Shown here piece by piece: positions 45,833 through 51,588 of a stretch of DNA of 51,588 bases. Both the position numbers and the translations under genes were made by a program. The stretch comes from an uncultured Planctomycetales bacterium (GTDB taxonomy: Bacteria; Omnitrophota; Gorgyraeia; Gygaellales; JAHJCI01). Each line of letters starts with the position of its first letter. Position 1 is the stretch's first letter. The notes under the pieces are model-generated. The model had not been told where the DNA came from. It saw nothing but the letters and a program-made list of their open reading frames with translations, and ran no database searches. The DNA lies in the NCBI GenBank assembly GCA_964588765.1, contig CAZPQS010000001.1:1-51588 (forward strand), read 5' to 3'.

Positions 45833-48256
45833 CTAACGATATTCCTCCATTAGCTTGCGAATATTCAAATTTTCTTGTCTATTGTCGCAAGTCGTATTGC
45901 ATCTTAACGGTTGATTCGGCATAGCCAGATGTTTAAGCATTCTCTCTCGAAAATCATCATATTGTTCTGAATACCATATCTCTTTGAAACTCTGTTTATA
46001 AATATTCCCGATAGGGTATTCATCGGTCTTCAGGCAAAAATTTACATTGCCATCGGCGGTAATCCTGGAGAAAACCCAGCCGGCATAACAGGGTATCTTT
46101 GTAATCTCTGCCTCATCATAATGACCTGTAGAAGCATTTTCACTCGATATCCTTCTTATGAATTCGTCTAATTCGCATACCCGGATATTGCGTTTTAAGG
46201 CCAATTCTTCCATCCTCGGCTTCAATGAATTCAATTTATATTTTAATTCTTTCCTTTCTTTGTCCGATAATAACAACCTATCGGTGTATCCGGAAACAGG
46301 ATCTATAACCTGAAAAAAATAGGATTCGACCTGAGTTTCTTCGGCCAAGTCAATCATTTCCTCTATCTCGTGGCAATTTATATCGGAGATTACGTTACAA
46401 AGACGGAAGGAAGGAAGAGGCTCATTTTTTCTTTTTTTAACAGCGGATGCTAATTTTAACATTTTTATTATCCGGTAAAATGTTGCTTTCGTCTTGTTAG
46501 GATGCAATTTTTTATAGGTCTTGGCGGTCCCCGACCAAAGGCTAACCGTTACGGAATCTACGTTCAGCTCAACTATCCTTCTAATAATATCCTCGGTTAT
46601 CAAGGTAAAGTTTGTAGTAAGCTCGCACCTCATTCCCTTCTGCTTTATATGTTCTATGAGGTCTATAATCCCGGGATAAATAAGCGGTTCTCCTCCGCCA
46701 GCGATATGGATATTTTCTGTTCCCAATGAATGCAAATCATCGATTAGCTTTTCTGTCAAATCCAAGGGTAGTTCGCGGGATTCCCATTCCTTGGTGGCTC
46801 TCTTTCTTCCCAAAAGGGGAGACCTTGCCCAACAATATAAACAATTATTATTGCATCTATTGGTGATATCAATCTGCACAGTCCTCGGTCCAATATATGC
46901 ATACCGGCCGCTCGAGATTCCCCGTATCAGATCTCTGCGGGAAGAATCGTTCCTGCGGGGTATCTTTAAGAAATTATCCTCCCGGATTTCTTCATTTCTG
47001 GTCTTTGACACAATCAAATTATTTTTCCTGCTGAATAATGGGCGGTAATATTTCTCATATATTACGTCCCAGTCATAAATTTCCTCCGTTTTCTTTCTGC
47101 CCGCCTGCCCCATCCGTTCTCGAAGCTGAGGATTATCCATTAATTGCTGGAGTCTGGAAGTCAGCCCATCGGCATCTTTTGGATTAATGATAAAGCCTTC
47201 CTTCCCATCCTTGAGGATAGTCTGTAAACCGCCCACCCTTGTCACTATCACCGCTTTACCCGAAGCCATGGCCTCCAATGCCACTATCCCGAAGGGTTCC
47301 GGCCACGCAGAAGGAACCACGCATATATCTATCTGCTGATATAGCTGTGCCAGTCCTTCCTGGGATAACCAACCCACGGAGGTAATGTAATCTTCGTTAT
47401 TGAATTTGTTATTCGTAGTTAATAACAGCTGGAAGTTATAACCCTTTTTGCGTAATTTCTGGCAGGCTTCATATAAAGTGGAAAATCCCTTCAAGTCGTC
47501 CTCTATCCTGCCGACCATCAATATCTTAACCTTGCCGCGCCGATGTTTCTTTTTGGGCCTGAATAATTTTATATCTACTCCTGAGGGAATAATTATTACG
47601 TTCTGATTAAACCGAACAATTTTATCTCTTATAAAATCGTTATAGACGACTATCCTGCTGGCATTTTTGATTGCTCTTTTTACCAGATCACGGTAAGAGG
47701 GAAATAGGGTAAAGGAAATACCAAATTCATGATTAAAGTGCCTATCGGTCATATGTTTAAGCCAGCGCAACGAGCAGCCTATACAATCCAATACGCATCC
47801 CAATGAGCCATTCAAATAATCGTTATTACACAACCTGCCGTCCGTGTAGAAGTGCCCGTGACTCTTAAGGCATAGGGTTTCATAAGCATAGAACCTCAGG
47901 ATTGGGTTATAATCCCTTAACGCATTTACTAAATAGGGCTTTAGATACCAGGCATCGGTAATAAATACAAAATCCGGTTTATACCTTTCAACCTCCTGCT
48001 TAAAGCGAGAGGAAATCTGAGAAGGATGAAACGTCGTAAAATCAAAAGGAATCTTCTTTATATTTAAAGACAGACTGCTTCGTATCTGGCCGCGGGGGAA
48101 ATAGTGAAGGAAATCGGGGATAAACATACGAACCTTGTGCTCCCTCGACAGCCTTGAGGCTATCTCCTTAACGTCTGTTCTTGCTCCGCCATCGGGAGGC
48201 CAGTTGAATAATAAATCAATTATGGCTATGCGGGACATATTATGCTCTCTGCCCAA
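45833..48256 (-). CDS. Fusion of a GT4 glycosyltransferase (N-terminal) and a SPASM/twitch-type radical SAM enzyme (C-terminal)
   Basis: 807 aa. The GT4 block EPFGIVALEAMASGKAVIVTRVGGLQTILKDGKEGFI lies at aa ~320-356. The rSAM motif CNNNCLYCW is at C467/471/474, with GGGEPLIYP, TNFTLI, PCYAGW and C-x3-CDN following. An alternative start is at 48238 (MSRIAIID). Confidence 0.85.
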   Translation of the reverse strand: MGREHNMSRIAIIDLLFNWPPDGGARTDVKEIASRLSREHKVRMFIPDFLHYFPRGQIRSSLSLNIKKIPFDFTTFHPSQISSRFKQEVERYKPDFVFITDAWYLKPYLVNALRDYNPILRFYAYETLCLKSHGHFYTDGRLCNNDYLNGSLGCVLDCIGCSLRWLKHMTDRHFNHEFGISFTLFPSYRDLVKRAIKNASRIVVYNDFIRDKIVRFNQNVIIIPSGVDIKLFRPKKKHRRGKVKILMVGRIEDDLKGFSTLYEACQKLRKKGYNFQLLLTTNNKFNNEDYITSVGWLSQEGLAQLYQQIDICVVPSAWPEPFGIVALEAMASGKAVIVTRVGGLQTILKDGKEGFIINPKDADGLTSRLQQLMDNPQLRERMGQAGRKKTEEIYDWDVIYEKYYRPLFSRKNNLIVSKTRNEEIREDNFLKIPRRNDSSRRDLIRGISSGRYAYIGPRTVQIDITNRCNNNCLYCWARSPLLGRKRATKEWESRELPLDLTEKLIDDLHSLGTENIHIAGGGEPLIYPGIIDLIEHIKQKGMRCELTTNFTLITEDIIRRIVELNVDSVTVSLWSGTAKTYKKLHPNKTKATFYRIIKMLKLASAVKKRKNEPLPSFRLCNVISDINCHEIEEMIDLAEETQVESYFFQVIDPVSGYTDRLLLSDKERKELKYKLNSLKPRMEELALKRNIRVCELDEFIRRISSENASTGHYDEAEITKIPCYAGWVFSRITADGNVNFCLKTDEYPIGNIYKQSFKEIWYSEQYDDFRERMLKHLAMPNQPLRCNTTCDNRQENLNIRKLMEEYR

Positions 48257-49347
48257 ACATTATCTTCGATATTATCGCATCCTTTTTTGCACGTAGCTGA
48301 GGAGAAACGTTTAAAATCTATATTTCCTGAAAGGGCGCTCTTGCGAAATTTCCTCTGGCGCTCGGAATTCCAAATTTTACCAAAGTCATCTTCTTTTATA
48401 TTTCCTACGGGTTCCCGGGTAGACTTGCAACAGAAACTCACATTCCCGCTTGCCTCGATAAGGCTGAAGGTCCAGCCTACATAACATGCTGATTCTTTAT
48501 TATTAGATCGGGGAGGCTTTTCGGCATACAATTGATTCAAATAAGAACTTATCTCCACAAAATTACGGTTATCTAAATTACGATCAAAGTCTTTTTTAAT
48601 CCAGTATCTCAGCTTTTCAACTACATATTCTTCCTGGTCCTGTGATAGTGAAAATATATCCGTCACTCCTTTTACAATATCCGCCGTAGCAAAAATACAA
48701 TGGTCGGCGCCGCATGATTTGGCAAATCCGACCATCCCATCTATCTCTCTATAGTTTAAATTACAGATAATATTATAAATATTTAAGATTGGGGTTATCT
48801 GCCCTTTTATTCTTTTCAGATTTGTAAGATGTTTTAATCTCTTTTCTATTTTTGTAAATGTATCTTTGGGTAAAGTCGGGTGCGTCCTTATATAACTTTC
48901 GGCTGAGCCTGCCCAAAGGCTGATAAGAAGCTCATCTACTTCTAAAGTCAGCAATTTCTCCACGTCATCTTCGGTTATTAAAGAAAAATTCGTATTCAAA
49001 GTACATCTTATTCCTTGTCCTTTGATATAACCCAAGATATCCCAAAATTCAGGATGCAGCAATGGCTCTCCGCCGCCGGAGATATATAACAACTCCGTTC
49101 CCATCTTATTTAACTCATCTATCAACTTTATAACTATTTCATAAGATAATTCTTGTTTCATATATTCAACATCCATTTGCTTCAAATACGGAGAGCGATG
49201 CCAACAGACAATACAATTGCTATTGCATTTATTCGTAAGATGCAGCTCCACCCTGCGGGGCCCATTATACGCATAAGCCCCATTCAATATCCCGCGCCGT
49301 GTGAGTAGAATCTGATTATCGTAAGGATTTTCCGGCGGTTTCTTCAT
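48226..49347 (-). CDS. SPASM/twitch-type radical SAM enzyme (same module family as the 1441-aa fusion)
   Basis: 373 aa. CNSNCIVCWHRSP, GGGEPLLHP, TNFSLI, NIICNLNY, CYVGW, FCC and C-x3-CDN. Confidence 0.85.
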   Translation of the reverse strand: MKKPPENPYDNQILLTRRGILNGAYAYNGPRRVELHLTNKCNSNCIVCWHRSPYLKQMDVEYMKQELSYEIVIKLIDELNKMGTELLYISGGGEPLLHPEFWDILGYIKGQGIRCTLNTNFSLITEDDVEKLLTLEVDELLISLWAGSAESYIRTHPTLPKDTFTKIEKRLKHLTNLKRIKGQITPILNIYNIICNLNYREIDGMVGFAKSCGADHCIFATADIVKGVTDIFSLSQDQEEYVVEKLRYWIKKDFDRNLDNRNFVEISSYLNQLYAEKPPRSNNKESACYVGWTFSLIEASGNVSFCCKSTREPVGNIKEDDFGKIWNSERQRKFRKSALSGNIDFKRFSSATCKKGCDNIEDNVWAESIICPA

Positions 49348-49354
49348 ATGTTTT

Positions 49355-50626
49355 TTAAGGCAGCGTGTTTGATAATTTAACTGTATAACTTCTTGCAGAT
49401 TTAATAAATCTGTGCCTTTGCCGGCGTATAAACTGTAATAATTTCATAAGATTCCCGCAAAGCTTACTTATAAATATTATTTTTTTAGGCTGTTGGGGGT
49501 ATTCACGGAATAGCTTTTCTATATCCCAGATATCATGGAGATTATCGCACAGTTCATAACATGGCAAACGATGCTTTTCAATATTTTCTTTAAGATTTAA
49601 GGTCGTTCTTCTAAATTCCCTCTGCGATTTCCCGTTCCATACATCTTCAATCCTATCTTGATAAATGTTCCCTCTTGTATTATCGACTCGGCAGCACGAA
49701 GTAAATCTTCCGTCAGGTTTTAATTGAAAGAATGACCAGCCGGCATAACACCTCTCCGGCACGAGCTCCCTGTCATATTGGCCTGTGGAGACACGGGGGC
49801 TCTTGAGTCTTTTTATGAATTGAGGCAAAAGGTCAAATTCAATCGCTGTTTTCCCTTCCCGTCTCCTTTTCTCCATCTCGCTCTTACATTTGTCTACCAG
49901 CTCCAATGTTAATTTCGCCTGTTTCTCATTTAAGAGAAGATGTCGCGTCTCTTCCCTATGAACATGCACCAGATTAAACATTATCGATTGGACACCGACC
50001 TCCAGAGCAAACTCTACCATCTCTTCCAACTTGTCGAAATTCAAACTCATAATCACATTGGTAATGGTTATCCTGGGATACGAGACATTATGTTCTCTTT
50101 TTAATCTGCTTAGCATCTTGAGATTATCTCTGATCCGATAGAAAAAAACCTTCTTGCCCGGATGCAGCAATTCGTAGCTTTCTGCCGTCCCGGCCCAAAT
50201 ACTGGCTATTATAAGATCGACCTTATTTTTCACTAAAGTGAGGATTTCCTTGTCGGTTAAAGAAATAAGGTTTGTGTTAATATCGCAGGTCATATTGTAA
50301 GATTTAATTTTTGCGATGAGTTCATTTATCTGCGGGTAGAGAAAGGGCTCGCCTCCGCCTGTTATTATTATATATTTCGCACCCAATCTATAAACGCGAT
50401 TAACAAAATCTTCCAATATTGCAAATGGAATTTCTTTGTCTTGGAACTGCTCTTCACAATCTTTAATAAAAGGGGATTTGAGCCAGCAGGCAATGCAGTT
50501 ATTATTACATCTATTTGTCGGGCATATGGCAACCTTCATAGGCCCGATAAAGGCATAATCTCCGCTAAAAATTCCCGCTAAGTAGGGATTAGATTTCCTT
50601 TTACTGAAAAAAGTCTCCCACTTCAT
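49355..50626 (-). CDS. SPASM/twitch-type radical SAM enzyme (same module family)
   Basis: 423 aa. CNNNCIACWLKSP, GGGEPFLYP, CYAGW, SCC and C-x3-CDN. A basic C-terminal tail. Confidence 0.85.
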   Translation of the reverse strand: MKWETFFSKRKSNPYLAGIFSGDYAFIGPMKVAICPTNRCNNNCIACWLKSPFIKDCEEQFQDKEIPFAILEDFVNRVYRLGAKYIIITGGGEPFLYPQINELIAKIKSYNMTCDINTNLISLTDKEILTLVKNKVDLIIASIWAGTAESYELLHPGKKVFFYRIRDNLKMLSRLKREHNVSYPRITITNVIMSLNFDKLEEMVEFALEVGVQSIMFNLVHVHREETRHLLLNEKQAKLTLELVDKCKSEMEKRRREGKTAIEFDLLPQFIKRLKSPRVSTGQYDRELVPERCYAGWSFFQLKPDGRFTSCCRVDNTRGNIYQDRIEDVWNGKSQREFRRTTLNLKENIEKHRLPCYELCDNLHDIWDIEKLFREYPQQPKKIIFISKLCGNLMKLLQFIRRQRHRFIKSARSYTVKLSNTLP

Positions 50627-50664
50627 AATTGCCCTTTTTATCGCGAATATCTTGACAGAATCCG

Positions 50665-51588
50665 TTAGCCTTCCACTTCCGTAAATGCCTTCTCATCATC
50701 AACGCGCCCATCGAGTGAAGACATTGAGACACAGTTTATACAGCACGGCTTAGTCAATCTTCCGCTTATTAATTCTTTCCTCAATTGTTTATATTGAATA
50801 TTGTTCCATATGTCATCCAAAGAAGCCTCTATTATATTCCCGAATGCCTCCTGGCTGAACCAGAATTCGCATGGTCTAATTTTTCCATAGCAATCTGCTA
50901 CCATAAGATACCAGGGATAACGACACTTTGGTTCGCCGATACCGGGAGGATGCTTTTCTGAATCTTGCTTATCTTTGCTTTCTATGCCGATAGTAAATTT
51001 GTCGGGGAGCCGTTCTATCTCGATGCCGAGTTCCCCTGCTTTTTTAGGAATCTTTTCAAGGAACTCATTTGCTAATTGCTTATAATGAAACAAAGACTCG
51101 CCTTTCATTCGTACGGCATCCTTAAAAATAATAACGTGAAAGAATCCGACTTTTGTCCCCCCGATTCCTTTAATAAACTCCAAATAATCTTCTACATGCT
51201 CAATATTAGAACGCATAAGCAAACAGTTGAAATTTACTTCAGGATATCCCGTCCCCCATTTTTGTTTTAACCGGTTTAGCATTTCGATATTCCCGACAAC
51301 CTTTTCAAAATTAGAGCCGATTTTTATCCCTTCATAAATTTCCTTAATATGGGAATCGAAGGAGATGAGCAGTCTTTTTGTCTTTGTCTGTATAAGCCCT
51401 GCCGCAATTTCTTCCGTCAGCAAGGTCGCATTGGTCATTAACCAAAAGTATGGAATTTCATATTGTCTGATTACTTTAAGCAGCTCGGCAAAATCTTGAT
51501 GAAATAAGGGCTCGGTACACGGAGAGAGGGCCAATTCTGAGGCATAGGGAAACATATTTTCGGCAAGTTTTTTGAAATCATCCAATTT
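50665..51588 (-). CDS. Radical SAM/SPASM-type enzyme, 5'-partial (N-terminus and cluster motif lie beyond the window edge)
   Basis: The reading frame stays open to base 51588, and the track's initial M is a TTG. The ELALSPCTEPLFH block is equivalent to GGEPL. The C-terminal SPASM-like pattern is C-x12-G-x4-C ... CC-x2-C. Confidence 0.7.
   Translation of the reverse strand, partial: KLDDFKKLAENMFPYASELALSPCTEPLFHQDFAELLKVIRQYEIPYFWLMTNATLLTEEIAAGLIQTKTKRLLISFDSHIKEIYEGIKIGSNFEKVVGNIEMLNRLKQKWGTGYPEVNFNCLLMRSNIEHVEDYLEFIKGIGGTKVGFFHVIIFKDAVRMKGESLFHYKQLANEFLEKIPKKAGELGIEIERLPDKFTIGIESKDKQDSEKHPPGIGEPKCRYPWYLMVADCYGKIRPCEFWFSQEAFGNIIEASLDDIWNNIQYKQLRKELISGRLTKPCCINCVSMSSLDGRVDDEKAFTEVEG

Noticed and set aside
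468-51270. All plus-strand ORFs in the supplied track (60-168 aa; for example 468..680, 14324..14644, 30493..30918, 34344..34742, 38286..38702, 41601..41975 and 44604..45110).
   Set aside because: Each lies fully antisense inside a long, motif-rich minus-strand CDS. Their translations are low-complexity, none shows a recognisable motif, and none has an evident Shine-Dalgarno. I treated them as shadow ORFs.
1-51588. Interpretation as a RiPP (ribosomal peptide) cluster, given the many SPASM and B12 rSAM enzymes.
   Set aside because: No gap exceeds 125 nt, and none contains a start/stop pair for a precursor peptide. I saw no leader peptidase, RRE-like domain or peptide exporter. The GT, GT-C, CBM and AsnB context and the GT4-rSAM fusion favour a glycan or glycolipid substrate. 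A precursor outside the window cannot be excluded.
1-51588. rRNA, tRNA, CRISPR arrays, or integrase and phage genes.
   Set aside because: Non-coding space is too small (about 0.8 kb in total). No repeat-spacer pattern or cloverleaf-sized conserved segment was seen. No ORF shows recombinase motifs.

Overview
This AT-rich 51.6-kb window is one uninterrupted minus-strand gene array, transcribed from 51588 towards 1. It holds 34 credible CDS; the one at the right edge is 5'-truncated by the window. Intergenic gaps are 0-125 nt and several stop/start codons overlap (ATGA or GTGA). I found no rRNA, tRNA, CRISPR array, transposase or integrase.

Radical SAM (rSAM) chemistry dominates. There are 17 intact Cx3Cx2C modules, one module cut by the window edge, and one cluster-less remnant, spread over 14-15 genes: 9 are B12-binding class-B type, 8 are SPASM/twitch type and 1 is HydE/BioB-like.

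Three fusion genes stand out:
- A 1441-aa gene fuses three SPASM-type modules and a CBM-like insert.
- A 1315-aa gene fuses one SPASM-type module, two B12-type modules and a C-terminal membrane anchor.
- An 807-aa gene fuses a GT4 glycosyltransferase to a SPASM-type rSAM.

Interleaved with these are:
- four Cys-rich U32-family proteins, including a UbiU/UbiV-like pair;
- CysD/CysN sulfate activation, with no APS kinase or sulfotransferase visible;
- four membrane-anchored alkaline-phosphatase-superfamily proteins, two of them sulfatase-family proteins that lack the formylglycine motif;
- GT2, GT4 and GT-C glycosyltransferases, including an ArnC/ArnT-like translationally coupled pair;
- an AsnB-type amidotransferase;
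- a perfectly tandem-duplicated NPCBM-like lipoprotein gene.

My reading is inference: this is an anaerobic, radical-chemistry-heavy assembly and tailoring line for a surface glycan or glycolipid. It is not a RiPP cluster, because no gap is large enough for a precursor gene. The product, substrates, host taxon and true cluster borders cannot be determined from this window alone. All family calls come from motif reading by eye, not from database searches.
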